NCBI RefSeq assembly: GCF_009914755.1
Contig: NC_060932.1
Reading direction: 5' to 3' (one strand)
From: the human T2T-CHM13v2.0 reference genome, Homo sapiens
DNA length: 64,000 nt
A program made the translations under genes and the position numbers. Under the pieces are notes generated by a model, which saw nothing but the letters and a program-made list of their open reading frames with translations, was not told the DNA's origin and did no database searches. The first letter of the stretch is position 1. Each line of letters begins with the position of its first letter. Shown here in pieces: positions 1 through 16,149 of the stretch.

Positions 1-1225
<1,225 letters not shown>

Positions 1226-1330
1226 TATTATCAGAACCACACTAACTACATAGGTTCAATAAACTCAGTTTTATTGAGAAGAAGTAGAAATGTATGCAAT
1301 TTTAAAAATAAAAATAAACTCTCGACCTAG

Positions 1331-1704
<374 letters not shown>

Positions 1705-1917
1705 TCACTGAAGACTATAATAAAGACCAACTCTATTTACATTAGGAAGCAATATTCCATAATGAATAATAGTATCATGTTTTGCGTCATAGGATGATGC
1801 TAAACTTCTTGCTACAGCACTTAGTAACTATGTGATATTGGGTAATTTGTTTATTCTCTTTAATTATACAATTGTGATAATACTTCAAAATGTTGCTTTA
1901 CAGTTTACATTTATAAC

Positions 1918-2110
1918 CTTCAACAAATACTTATTTGGCACCTATTTGTTCATTATTCTTCTAGGCACAGTACATCCAGCAATGCACAACATAGATAAAG
2001 CCTCTGCTGTGATTAGACATTCTTTCTAGAAGAAGGGGAAAGTAAAAAGCAAATAAATACTTATATCATAAGATGTTGCAAACGTCACAATGTAAAATAA
2101 GTCCTGGTGA
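1918..2110 (-). mobile_element. L2 LINE 3' relic
   Basis: TTCAACAAATACTTATT...CTAGGCAC...GCCTCTGC pattern typical of the reverse complement of an L2 3' end; heavily diverged. Confidence 0.5.
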
Positions 2111-2859
2111 AATTATAGAGATGAAAAACAGATCAGTGGTTGTCAGGGATTTGAAGAGAAGGGAGGGTTAATCAGGTGAAGCAACATTTTAATTTTGGAA
2201 CTGAAAATCCCAGAGATAATACTTGTCTTCACTAAAAAACTTGCCTTCAACAAAAAACATTTGTTTGGCACAAATGTCTTTGTCTTTCTCGTATCATTTG
2301 AACTTTGTATTTGTAAAGGAGAAGATAATATCATGTTTTTGACTTTGGTATTATGTATTTGTATTATAATTATGGTGTATCCATAATGGAACAATATAAT
2401 AAATATTTAAAGTGTAGAAAATAACAATAATAATGTATTTTAAAATGTCCTTTCATTCTCTATTCTCTTTCACAGATTTTATGCAATTTTTTTTCCCTTT
2501 TTGGTCTGATGTTTGACTCACAAAATTTAGGGAGTGATATGTTTTCCTCTCAGGCTCTACTCTGAGTTGTGGACTTCCCAACCAAATGTCTTTTATTTTC
2601 TGCAATGAGAGTCCTCAAATGTGTTAACAGCTTTTGTCCCTTTTTTAGCTGGATGTTCTACCTTAGCTACACGTTCATTCCCCAAGCTAAGAATGGCAGT
2701 TTGGGGAGGATGTTTATCATGGTATGTAAAAATTTGTTAAATGGTGTTTGATGTACTGATCATACTAATGTGAGGACAATAACTTCACTGTAGCTTGGTG
2801 GTATGCTCTAGTATTTTAACATCAAGTGCTAATAAAACAGTAGGGTTTAATGTACATTA

Positions 2860-3090
2860 TATTTAATTGAACTGGTTATCAATAAATATATTATAAAATA
2901 ATGTATTAATATATCAGTTATATCATATAATGTAATAAATTGTAAGATATAGTTGATGTTATATTATGTAATATAGTTGACATATAAAAATAATTTTTTT
3001 TACATATAAATTGATGAATATAATACATTGGTTTATATATAAAAATTGATATATAACACACATTAATTTAATTACTATGTATGTAATACA
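2860..3090. repeat. AT-rich low-complexity tract
   Basis: Almost entirely A/T with degenerate TA/ATAT repeats. Confidence 0.7.
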
Positions 3091-3129
3091 TAGATGGTAT
3101 TGAAACAGGAAAAACTAATGTTTATTTCC

Positions 3130-3570
3130 CTTCAAGAAATATTTATTCATTATTCGCAACACCACAAATATCAGGATGGAGCTGAGCTTTAGATAAAATT
3201 GATAAATTTTATAGTTTTTGTGCCATGCAGAGGCTTACTTTGTGGAAGGGAAGTGCATAAAACATCATTAAATGTAAATTGGCTAATATTAACAGATTTG
3301 ATCTGGGTTCTTTGAGAATACATAGAGTGATCTTTTCCTATCAGTGGTGTAATAGAGTTCCTAGATGAAAAAGAGAAGAGAAAACAGCAAAAGACACTGA
3401 GCAGTGAGCTCTGCATAGGAGAGTGAGCAAGAAGTCACGGATAAGCTCTAGGTCTCCCATTGCCAGGTGATGGAGGGTGGCACCATTCACTGAAGGGGAA
3501 AAGACAAAAGAAGAAGGTTTGGAAGATGGATGACAAATTCACTCGGGGGCATGCTGAATTCAGGATGACT
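3130..3570 (-). mobile_element. L2 LINE relic
   Basis: TTCAAGAAATATTTATT start and GGTGGCACCATTCACTGA...GGGCATGCTGAATT segments resemble the L2 consensus. Confidence 0.45.
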
Positions 3571-5375
3571 TTTGGTTAGGTTGCCTATTTAATTTGTCAT
3601 CCAGACTGAAAGCAAAAGTGAAATGTAGTTGATAATTACACCACTTTAAAAGGTGGAATTTGGAACTGTCATGGACAAACTGATCTATGTGAGCCTCAGA
3701 GGAGACTCTTCAGCAAGAGTCACAAGGACCAGTGAAATAGGCATTTAAGTTAATGGATTATTTGGAGTATAAATTTGGTGTTCCTGATAGTATTAGAAAA
3801 GATCGATGAAAATTGTTAGAAAATTAAAAGCAGAATCCAAGCTGGGAAAGCCATATGTAGACGACGAAGAATGTACCAGTTGAGACAAAGAAACACAGTA
3901 GACAATATCAAAATCTTTAACACTTCAAAATAGTAAAAATCAAGAGCACAAATGGAGAGGTTGATGTTGAAGATTAAAGATAATAACAGAAGAAAGTATT
4001 TCCTCAATTTTGTCTGATAGGCATAAAGTTGAAATGTGTACATCTGATATAAGGAAAGTTGGTATATCTTTTGGAGCTTAAAGGGTATGGTAAATATCTG
4101 AATTTTGACTGAGACAAACAGCAACTGGGAGCTTAGGCTATTGAGGGGAAACTGTTAAATAATTTAGCTGTAACACAAGGATTCATTCGAAGAGAATATC
4201 TTTGAATTTCTCTAAGTCCCAGCTACTATTATGCCATATTTCAGGAAAAAACACAGTCAGTGGACTTTTTAAAATCTAGCATGGGTATCTAATCTTCTCA
4301 ATGGTTTGCGAACATAAATCCATTATCAGTAGGTACAGGAATTGCTTACCCCTTCACCCTTTCTCTTTGCAAAAACAAGTGGAATTGGAGGATATTTCTA
4401 ATGTATGGTACTTTTAGAAGCATTAACATCCAACTGAAGTTCTCTAAGCGAACATTCTAGATGCCTTGAGGCACACTGCAAAAATCATTGTACCCCTAAT
4501 GCCAATCCACAGTCAGAGGGAATTTTCATTTCCTAGAGGACAAAGGCCTTTAATTACATTCAAATTACATAAAAATTTTATTAGCTATTCCTAGTAGCAG
4601 TTTATCTGGAGTTTGGTAGAGAATTTCTAAGTGGCTTTTATTTCAGACTCCCAGGAGCATAATATTGGGAAGCTAACCTTTTTATTAAAAACCTCAGAAT
4701 AAGAGAATAACTTCATAGTTGCAAGAAATGTTAAATGGAAACATATAACCCACAAAGAAGTAGCAAGTCAGATAGTTATTGGACAAATAATCTTCCCTCA
4801 ACACTTTTCCATCTCTTGATTCCTTAGATAAAAAATTAATCAGTTGGAAGAATTTTTTTTTCAAAAGTTTCTTTGCCCATGTTCTTCTAAAATATTAAAC
4901 ATGGTTTATTACATATTTAAATTTATGGCACAATCACCAAGCTAAATTTTAAAGCCAATACGATATCATAGACAAATTCAAAGTTAATATAGAATATGTT
5001 GAGAGGTGAATCCAAAACCTTCAGTTGTTTTATACATATGATAAATATATCTATAATAATATAGACAGGTATCTTAAATGTTCTGCAAATTTGTGGCAAA
5101 ATTGTTTTCAAAAAAACAAGTTAGCATAAAGAAAAAATATTTTATTCTAAAACTCTACTTGAAAATCTAATAGAAGTAGGTATATTAATACAATATAGCA
5201 AATCTATGACTCCTATTAATTGTAAGTGCATAAAGACTATAAAAGCTACAAGATTATTTAAGCCAAGGCTTGGGATTTATCCTTAACTAGATATAATATC
5301 TTATGGCTCTCAGTTTGATCATCATAACAAAAATGATTTGAAAGGATCTTTAGGTATAGCCAAAAAGAAAAGTCA

Positions 5376-5778
<403 letters not shown>

Positions 5779-8058
5779 TCATTTATGGAGAATGCTATAG
5801 AATATCTTCCAGTAAGGAGCATGTAAGTTCAGTAACTTTTTTTAATTGTAAAATACTAAGAGCTCTGAAATCAGGTAAATTTTACCTACATTATTTATCA
5901 ATAAAACCTGACCTGTCTATAACTCCTTTGAGGCAAATCCCTACCTAAACTACTTAACACATTTTAAAATGTTAGCCTCTCAGAACATGAAGAGTAAAAC
6001 ATTATTCTGATTAAATATTAAAGTGAGATTGTAAGAGAATTCTAGACCCTACTGGAGTATATAGTATATGCATTATATTACCTTTGATACTATAAAAATT
6101 ATTGAATTCTAAAACCAATGTAGTACTGAGAACTTAAGCTATGGAATTATGGAACTCTATTATCAACTTCTCACGGCTATACTGGGATTCAGGGAGGTAC
6201 CTGTTTTTAAGGTGTCTGTCTGAGGTGTCTTTGAAAGAAAATTTCTGCTTTCTTACTCCCTTTCTTTTTTATATAAAATTTTCTGTCCAACTAATTAAGA
6301 ACTTCTCATTATTTCTTGAATTAACATTTTATAATCATTAAATTGCATGCTGGAAAAACTTTGGTATATTTTTAGAATAACCCAAGGCTTCAAATGTTAC
6401 AGAAATGAATGTACTTCTTCTGTAATACTTACTAGGCGTATGATTATAGGGGAGGGACTTAATATCTTTTAATCTCAGTTTTCTTCTAGTTCTACTTTCA
6501 CTAAGGAAGGACGTAGTTATATTTTGCATAATGTGTAATACTTATCTTCCAGGCACATGACCAAAACCAGAACACTAATAGCAAACTTTGGTTGAACACT
6601 TCTATGTGCCAGCCAACTTTCAAATATTTTACACTTATTGTTCATTTAATCCTTACAATAACTCTTAATTAGTACTGAAATAGTTCTTGTCATATTATGT
6701 AAAAAATTGGTATTTTTAATAATTATTCTAGGATAACAATAATAAACTGACAGTACCTGAAAAACCAAAGTATAAAATCATCCTACCATATATATTACAA
6801 ACTGAAGCAGAAAGCTACTAAACTGTGAGTGACAGACCTAAGATTTCAACCCAGACAGTCTGAGTTTTGAGACTTCACTTTTCATCATAGTACTAAAATA
6901 TTGCCAACACATTTAGTTAAAAGTCTTGTAAAAGGTGGTTTTCATTCTTTTTTTGAATATATAAAAACAGTGATCCATATTCTTTTTATAAATATATAAA
7001 AATGGAGAACCATAAAGTATAAGTCAAAGACATAAGGCTATACTTCTTGGCTTTGAAACCGTATCCATCTGGGAAAAATACATACACACACATACCATAA
7101 TGAAGCTCTAAAGCACTTCACATGAGACTTGAACATTTTATATCTTTAAAAATTGTTAGTTCTGTTCTCCTTTCCTAAGCTTGAATATTTTGTACAAGCT
7201 GGAAACTGTCTTATACCTCATAAGATTATGTCATAGATTTGCACTCAATTCACTCCTAGTTGCCTCCTATGAATCTGTTAGCTCAGTTGTGATGGTCGAA
7301 GTAAAAACACTGTGGTCCTGTGTCCACTCATCCAGGCATGACTGTCTTGCAGTCAGCGTTATCCATGGCTGACACATTAAAATCTAAGAATTGTCACTGG
7401 GTCTGGCAGAATCAACTGTGTTACTCTGGCTGAGGTTTGGATCCATTGGGATGAAGACCCTCAGCAGGGTTTCAGCTGTCACGTTTACAGTGTTGTTGAC
7501 TTCAGACTTGGAATGATCAAGCATTTACACATACCAACGGTGAGCAGAGATAGTCTCTGAAAAGTTATCCACAAGATCACAAGGGGATGACAGGATATTT
7601 AAAAATATACAAAGGATAATATTCAAAATCTAAAAGCTCCCACTGTCAACTACATGTCATAGAACTTCACCAAAGGCCATGATTTAACACTAAAAAAATC
7701 ATCTGTAGAGTAATAGATTTTCCAGGATTGAAATGACAATCATAAAAATATATATTTAATTAAGAAAATGTTTTTCTAAACTAGAAAGTTTAAAAATTAA
7801 AGCATTCAGGTATTATTTTTAATCAGCAAAGTTTACTTTTCCTACATTCTTAATAACATCCTATACACTAGTTGCATTATTTTTACTTTACTGAGGTTAA
7901 CATGTTCTATTTCATAATGACAGGGATTCCGAAGGAGAAATGTCCCTGAGCAGGCAATTGTGTTGAATTTATACCATTGTTAGCAATTATAGTGCATGTA
8001 CATTGTAATATATTACACTCAGCTCTCAGGAAATGCTGGTTTTAAAAAATACTAATTG

Positions 8059-8356
<298 letters not shown>

Positions 8357-8371
8357 AAAAAATACTAATTG

Positions 8372-8785
8372 ACAAAAAATATTGTATGTATGTAAGGTAT
8401 ACCATGTGATGGTTGTATAATGATGATCATGATCAGATTATTTAACATATTTATTACCACATATGCCATAAGTTAGTTCCCCAGAACTTCTTCATCTTTT
8501 AACTGAAAGTTTTCACCCTTTGACCAATATCTCCCCATTTCTCTCTTCCCCTAACCCTTGGTAAACACTGTTTTATTCTTTGCTTCTGTAAGTTCACAAT
8601 TTTTAGAATCACATATAAGTGAGATGATACAGTATCTGTCTTTCTGTGTCCGGCATATTTCACATAGCACAATGTCCTCCAGGTTCATTCATGTTATTGC
8701 ATGTGCTAGGATTTCTGTCTTTTCCAGGTGTATGAAAAAGTGCTCGACAACACTAATCATCAGAGGAATGCAAATCAAAACCCTT
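8372..8785 (-). mobile_element. Old L1MA 3' fragment (host of the AluYb8) with a short inverted plus-strand piece at ~8725-8785
   Basis: Reverse L1MA 3'UTR (CATATAAGTGAGATGATACAGTATCTGTCTTTCTGTG...TCCAGGTTCATTCATGTT), then sense ORF2-like ATGAAAAAGTGCTCGACAACACTAATCATCAGAGGAATGCAAATCAAAACC. Confidence 0.75.
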
Positions 8786-11490
8786 AGACAACATCAAATG
8801 AAAGTGCCAATTTCAGTAACTATATGCCAGACCTCTTAGTATTGCTTGGCCAGTACTCAAAGATAATCCAAATAGTATTGAGATTAAATATTGCAATTTT
8901 GGTGAGCTCCATTCTAAAATTTAAAGACTATTTAAGAGGATCAACAGCCAGTTATACAGAGGCAGTTTAGTAATTGAATACAGTGGATGAGTGCACATAA
9001 AATGAATTTATGAAATGATATGCTTTTGTTATAAACTACCCAGGGGTGCTGACAACAGGAATCTCAATAGACAGTAAATAGGGAAGGTGGAACAGAAACA
9101 TAACAGGTGCCCAGAGTGGCAATCTGTAGGGAACAGCAGAGCAACAACGGCTCCCATCCTAGTCTACAGTAAAACTCAGTAAACCATTAAAACCTATAAT
9201 AAGCAGGTGTAAAACATTAGAACTTTCCTATAAGTACTGCTAACAATTCAAGTCATTTGTATCCTGAACACACAACAGAATATTCCATATATGATCACAT
9301 GAACAATGTTTATTGAGCTAGATTTGAGCTACTTCTACTGTAAAGTCACAAAAATGCATGTTTCTCACCTACTAGAATTCATATAAGTATGCTTGAACAA
9401 AAATAATCAAAGAGTTAATAATTCAGTGAATTAAATTTTAAAAATAAAAAACAAATTAAAGGAGGAAAAGAACATAGAAGGTGCTTCCATGTGTTATTCT
9501 ACTTGAAGTGTTTGTGCTTGGGGTATTCAAAATACCTCTCAGTAAGAGAAGAATACTAGTGAGATTAGTATAATTTCAGTTTTAAAATATGTGTGTTTCT
9601 GTGCAATTTGGACTCTCAACTCCAGACAGCTACTCCATCTAGCACTCTACACAAAAGCAAAAATTTCTTACTACAATTTTGCAGAAATTATATAGGACTT
9701 ACTGGGAGGCAAGTTGTTAATATCCAATATCACGACTCTTTATATATTTTAAGGACTATTTTAACTACATAAGCTTTTGTACTAATGAGCTGACTGTAGA
9801 AATGTTTATCTGAATTGATGCTACCAGACTCTACTTTTATGTGTTACTAACCATTTACAATGCTAATAGATCTTCCCTTAATACAGCAAACATACCTGCA
9901 TTGAAGTTTAACATTGCCATTTTATTTTCTAATTACTGTATATCACTCACTATTTTTTAACATTCTTTAGGGACTGGTGACTCCTCACCTTTATTTATAA
10001 AATTAACTGGAATTTGTCAAATTATTCCTAACCTTTGTGGTTAAGTTAAATGTTCACTCTTCCAGGAAGCCAGCACTATTAACTCCAATCTTTCACATTC
10101 TTTCATTGTATTCAATGACTTTGCAGTAACATGTCTGAAATTCTCATTTGGCTTCTATTCTCTACTGCCATGCATTGCATTTAATGTCTGTATCTCTTGA
10201 ACTCTCGCCAGGGCAATTTTAAAGGCTTTCATACAAGAGGTACTTAGAAGGTTATGGCTGGTTTCTCATTTACCTGGTAAGACTTACTTGTCAGAAATGA
10301 GATCACATACACAAGTAACTAGAATAAAGCATGCTATACAGATGCCCTGTGCAAATGATTTCAGGAAATGATAATCAGATATTAAGTCCCACTGAAAAAG
10401 AATGAATGTAAAGCAGTAGATAATTAACAACTAAATATGTCAACCACTAGATCATAAATTAATTAATGACTAATTAATGATCTTATTTGGATATTGACTG
10501 ACAATTTACAAATAATTGTATATTATTGACCACTTGCTATATTCTAGGCACCATATCAGAAGTGGTCAAGGCAGATACTGCCTCTACCCTAAAAGCTTAA
10601 ACTCTTTATGAGATTATAGGCATTCCATAAGTACTTAGAATGTAAGTAGCTGGAAAACAGGTTGATATATAATAGAAGTTTATTTTTCCTGCCTTTCATT
10701 GTATCCAGAATTTTTTCTTCACAATCCTGGCAGCAGCATTAGGTTTCCAAAGAACCATCTTCTAAACGGGTCATATTTCTAGTTTTGAGACTGAAATATA
10801 CCTTGGTTTTAAAAATAAGTGATCTTCTGATATTCAAGAATCATGGTTTTAGTGCAAAACATATTATTAATATTATCATCATTTTTGTTAAAAAGGCTGA
10901 GAGCTTAAAATGATTCCACGCACAGAGGTAATGAAAAGAAATCCATAACTCAGACAAATGATACATGATGAGATGAAATAAATGCAAATATCTATTGAAA
11001 TGGAAAATTGAAAAAAAATCTTACTAAGTGGAGAAATAGAAGCTGGGGGAAAAAAAGACAAATGAAAAGATAGCTTAGATAGCACTGTGGACCACCTACA
11101 CCTTATTACCACTTCCAGGATATACACCAAAAGCTGAGAAACTGTACTGCTGATAGGGCTAGGATAGAGTTTGAATAGTGGTGTAGAACAACTCTAGAGT
11201 GACAGCCTGAGACAGCCCAAAAGATTTGGTGGTTCTGAAGTGGCAGGAGAAAATATCTAAAATACCTAATTTTTTTTCGTGCTTTCAGAAGTGATAACTT
11301 GACCAAGAAAGTCAGAGTATTCTCCATAATTAGAAAGACAAAGTGGCAGAGTGCTAGAATCTTACAACTAGAATCTGTGATTTAAAAACTGGGACATGAA
11401 TCATTTCCGATGCAACAAAGATTAGACCTGGAAGCATATGTAGCATCTCAATTTAAAGGAAGTAAGTACCAAGGCAATAATTGCCTAGAA

Positions 11491-12135
11491 TAGGAATCAG
11501 CAAACTGCAGTCTCTGGGTCAAATTTGGCCCATGTCCTCTTTTTGCAAATAAAGGTTTATTGTCATACAGCAATGCCTACTCATTTACGTATTGTCTATG
11601 ACTGCTTTCTGGCTGCAGTGGCAGAGCTGAGTAGTTGTGGCAGAGACCCACAAAGCCAAATATTTACTGTATTAGGCAATTCTTGCGTTGCTATAAAGAA
11701 ATACCTGAGACTGGGTAATTTATAAAGAAAAGAGGTTTAATTGGTTCATGGTTCTGCAGGCTTTACAGGAAGCATGATGCTGGCATCTGCTCAGCTTCTA
11801 GGGAGGCCTCAGGAAGCTTATAATTCTGATGGAAGGTAAAGGGGAAGCAGCCACATCACATTGTGAAATCAGAAGCAAGGGAGAGAGTTAGCAGGGAGGG
11901 GCCACATACGTTTAAAGGATCAGATCTCCTGTGAACTCAGAGTACGAGCTCACTTATTGCCAGGGGGATGATCTGAGTCATTAATGAGGAATCCACCCCC
12001 AGGATCAAACACCTCCCACCAGGCCCCACCTCCAACACTGGAGATTACATCTCAACATGAGATTTGGAGGGGACATCCAAACTATATCATTTACTATCCT
12101 ATCTGACCCTTTAGAGAAAACTTTTACACCTCCTG
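11491..12135. mobile_element. MER58-like hAT-Charlie DNA transposon relic, split by an MST LTR
   Basis: CAGCAAACT...CAAATTTGGCCC...AATAAAGGTTTATTG...GCAGAGCTGAGTAGTTGTGGCAGAGAC, resuming after 12094 with TATCTGACCCTTTAGAGAAAA. Confidence 0.75.
11668..12089 (-). mobile_element. MSTB-like MaLR solo LTR
   Basis: TGTATTAG...ACTATATCA termini. 5-bp TSD TTTAC at 11663-11667 and 12090-12094. Confidence 0.88.
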
Positions 12136-12727
12136 GTTTAGACACATACCACTACTCTTCCCCCACAAATCTAGATGTCTCTTGAGGGAAAAGGAAAGAA
12201 AAATATTAAAGACTGAGAATTTAACCATAAGAAGAAAGAGTAACCTATATATACTTGAATTTAAACCAAAGGTTGCCTTGATTTAATAAGGTTAATGGTT
12301 TAATTTCTATGAAATGAAGACTTTAAAACTAGTTCACTTTAGGTGCAAAAAGTTGAAGAATGTTCCATATTGACATACCTCAATCGTATGGATTATGAAA
12401 GTCCTACTTGGCAAAAGAGTGATGTTACTGGAAGAAGATATACAATACAAAGAAAACATAAAATATAGGAATCAGAATGATTGGAGGGACAGGAAACAAT
12501 TGAAGAAATGCTATAAGAGCCAAGACCTGAATTATAAATAGAAGGTAAAAGATGCATTTGGAAGTGAAGAGAATATTCCAAGCAGAGAGAAAGAAATGGA
12601 AAATACTATAATTAGAAAAAAAGGCAGTATCATTAGAGAAAGTTAAGATGGTAAACCAGGAGAAGAGAGTTATTAAAATAAATTGAAAAGGTAGGAATAA
12701 CCAGATGTAGGCAAGGTTAAGAATTTT

Positions 12728-13014
12728 GTTTAAATTTGTTTTTTATTATATTTTAAGTTCTGGAATACATTTGTGGAACGTGTAGGTTTGTTACATAGGT
12801 ATACACGTGCCATGGTGGTTTGTTACACTCATTAACCTGTCATCTACATTAGGTATTTCTCCTAATACTATCCCTCCCCTAGCCCCCAACCCCTGCAACA
12901 GGTCCCAGTATGTGATGTTCCCCTCCCTGTGTCCATGTGTCTCATTGTTCAACTCCCACTTATGAGTGAAAACATGAGGTGTTTGGTTTTCTGTTCTTGT
13001 GTTAGTTTGCTGAG
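12728..13014 (-). mobile_element. 5'-truncated L1PA (L1PA7-like) 3'UTR
   Basis: Reverse L1 3'UTR. Perfect 15-bp TSD AAGGTTAAGAATTTT at 12713-12727 and 13015-13029. Confidence 0.9.
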
Positions 13015-13129
13015 AAGGTTAAGAATTTTAAGAGGTTTTTCTAAAAGGCCTACAGAAGTGATTAAGGAGTACTAATTATTTAACCAAAACACCTTATTTT
13101 GCCTTTCTGATTGAACTTCAGCAGTAAAT

Positions 13130-13520
13130 TGAGGACAGGATTAAAGGAATACAGAAATAGGAGAAGGAGACATAATAAGCCGATTGTTACATTATCCTGA
13201 TTACAAATGATGGGTGACAGATTTGGGTGGTAACAAGAGTGATAGAGAAACTTGGACCTATTTAAGAGAGGTTTACGAGATGAATTCAATAAATTTCCAT
13301 GAATTAATTATTGATTATGGAAGTTGTGGAAGAAGCAGTGTCAAGATGACTCTCAGCTTTTGGCTTAAATAAGTGGGTAGATAGAAGTAACATTATCCGA
13401 GAAAGAGACTCAAAGAAAGCAGGGATTATGGCAGAAATGCTTAAGTTCAGTTGTGAACAGGTTGTCACCAGGATGCCTCTGAGACACCCTAGTAGGGAGG
13501 CTGTGTGGTTATTTGGATAG
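13130..13520 (-). mobile_element. L2 LINE relic
   Basis: GTGTCAAGATGACTCTCAGCTTTTGGCTT...AAGTTCAGTTGTGAACAGGTTG matches L2 body motifs. Confidence 0.5.
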
Positions 13521-14559
13521 AAGCAAGTATTGCTTTTGGTGACCTCTTAGCACATGGTAGGTGTATGATTAAAGTGCTTTGAATGAAGTTTCTCCAGTTG
13601 TGTCATGTGTCCTACCTGAACTTACATGGAGACTTGGTTCTCTTAAGGGGTGAATAAACCTAAGGGAAGAGTTAGAGGAGGAGGCAGGTCATGGACCCAA
13701 GTTTCTTACCTCCCTATATAGCATTGGTCAAAACGCTTTCTCTCAACACTTTTCCATGTGTATTATCCTCACCTGCAGAATAAGCCTCTTGATAGATCTG
13801 CTAGGTCAGCTTTTCTTTCTAAAATGTTGATTTACTTTATTACACATTTGAATGTATGGCACATGATAGCATGCTAAATCTTAGAAATTAATGCAATGTT
13901 ATCAACCAAAAAAAAAAAAAAACAAAGTAATGAGTATGTTGAAGGGTGGATCACAAACAGATGAGCATCTTGTATAATAACTTTTTTTTCCTTAAAATTT
14001 TTAATGTGTTCATGGTAGAAAAATGTGAGATCAGAAATGAATATAAAGAAGAAAATTGATGTTTCAAATGCTACTTAAAATATATAGTGAGAAGGTTTCT
14101 GATGGAAAGTATCAGATATTGCTCTTGCCTCTTAATTGTGAATGCATGAATGAGCTTGAGGTTAACATACACAAGGCTGAATCCTGAGCCTTAACTACAT
14201 AATTTGCTTTGTAATGTCAGTTTCATGGGCATAACAAAGATTATACTATTGTTGCTCCAGTTGTTCTACAGAAAAAAATGAAGTTAATATTTTGTCCATG
14301 ACAAACTCAAATTCTCCCAAATACATTTATCACTTTTTCTTACTTGTGGCCACTTATTGAGTGTGTTGTAAAATGTGGTATTCTTACACTTAAATGATAG
14401 ATCCACAATTCAAAATAAAAAAAGTAGAAAAACCATAGCAGTTTTTCCTGATTTATTTGAAAGCAAACATGTCCTGACATTAGAACTTAAAGAAAAAAGA
14501 CTTTAAACTATTTATAACTTTTGGAAAAGGCAGACTCACTTGCACAGTCTATCAACCTC

Positions 14560-15630
14560 TGCTGATTGCTGCTCAGTTACATAAGAATGGGCTTTGAGCC
14601 TGGAACATTTCCTTACCAAGAGAGAAAGAGCCCACACTGCCTATGCCAAGCTTATCACTTTGTGCGGAAATATCTTTCCCTGTTTCAGACTCAATGAGTG
14701 TTCCCTTGTTTTGCTTAAGCTTGTGAGTCTGTGGTCTCCAAACAGTCCCCCAGACATCAGTGTTTCAGACCCCACAGGGGAGGGATTGAGGTCCTACTGA
14801 GGCGTATGAGGGGTACAGGCACTGCATCTTCTGCCGGGAGAGATACCCTAGTCATGGGAGACCAACACACATCATTGAAGCCGATCTTGCTCTGTCTGTC
14901 CTCTACACAGTAAGTACTCACTGAACATTCTCAATACGTTCTTGGAAACTATGAATAAGCAGAATGACATCTAAGGATACCAACGTTACCATAGACTAAT
15001 TTATATAAACAAGATAAGTTCCTATGGCATATTTCTGGTTACAAAACATCACCAAACTTCTAAAGAAACATGAAAACACTTCTGATATCAAACATTGAAA
15101 TAAATGTGAGTTATGCATACAATTAAGAAAGAATAACAAAAAAACAAGTAAGATAATTACCCAATTATTCCAGTTCATGATTGTGGGCAGGCGAAGCCAG
15201 TCCTAAAAGCTCAGGGCACAAGGTGGAAACCCATCTTGGCCAGGACACCATGCCCTCACAGGGAACACACACATACACACCTACACTCACTCACACTGGG
15301 ACCATGTAGACACACCAGTAAACTTAATTTGCACATCTTTGGGACAGGAAAAGAAACAAGAGGACCCAGAGAAAACCCACACAGACAGGGAAAGAGCATG
15401 CAGACTCCACACAGACAGTGACCCCAGTCGGGAATCAATGTTATCTCAAGGTTAAAATGAAGTAACACTGAACAAAATGAGGTTAAGGACCTGCTGTATA
15501 AGCAAAGTGTTCCATCCAGTACCTGACTGTGTTGTGTTTTCTTTGGTGGTTTGGACACAACATGCAATGGTTAGAAGTGTTTGGAGTTCTCCCCTGGGAT
15601 TGATAACTAGTTCACACTGTTGTGCTCAAC
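14560..15630 (+). mobile_element. ERVL-class LTR relic (MER70-like) interrupted by Tigger3
   Basis: A GC-richer block before 14907 continues after 15497 (AAAGTGTTCCATCCAGTACCTGACTGTGTTGTGTTTTC) and ends in CAACA. Family recalled from consensus; left boundary uncertain. Confidence 0.4.
14908..15496 (+). mobile_element. Tigger3b-like (TcMar-Tigger) DNA transposon, internally deleted
   Basis: Starts CAGTAAGTACTCACT...GTTCTTGGAAACT and ends GGACCTGCTG followed by TA. Characteristic GAGAAAACCCACACAGACA...GACTCCACACAGACAGTG block. Confidence 0.75.
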
Positions 15631-15791
15631 AATAAACTTATACTTACTTAGTATGACTATTCATACTTTTTACCTGCATAAATATTAATGTATTTAATGG
15701 GTAAGGCCTGATATGCTGATTGATGCACACACAGTGATAAATGCATTCTATTACCTTTCTAAAGGTAACATTCCACATTTCATAATGTATC

Positions 15792-16149
15792 TGTATTAGT
15801 CCATTCTCACACTGCTAATAAAGACATAACTGCAACTGGGTAATTTATAAAGGAAAGAGGTTTAATGGACACAGTTCCACATAGCTGTGGAGGCCTCACA
15901 ATCATGGCAGATGGCAAAGGAGGACCAAACTTACATCTTACATGGCAGCAGGCAAGAGAGAGCATGTGCAGGGGAATTCCCCTTTATAAAACCATCTGAT
16001 CGCATGAGATTTACCCACTGTCACAAGAACAGCACGGGAAATACCCACCCTCATGATTCAATTACCTCCCACCAGCTCCCTCCCAAGACACGTGGGGATT
16101 ACAGGAGCTACTATTTGAGATTTGGGTGGGACACAGCCCAATCATATCA
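15792..16149 (-). mobile_element. THE1 MaLR solo LTR
   Basis: TGTATTAGTCCATTCTCACACTGCT...GGGACACAGCCCAATCATATCA. Confidence 0.9.

Noticed and set aside
14594-14913. Apparent exons with GTGAGT and CAGTAAGT donor-like sites
   Set aside because: CAGTAAGT is the Tigger3 terminus and the upstream block looks like an LTR relic; translations are unrecognisable.
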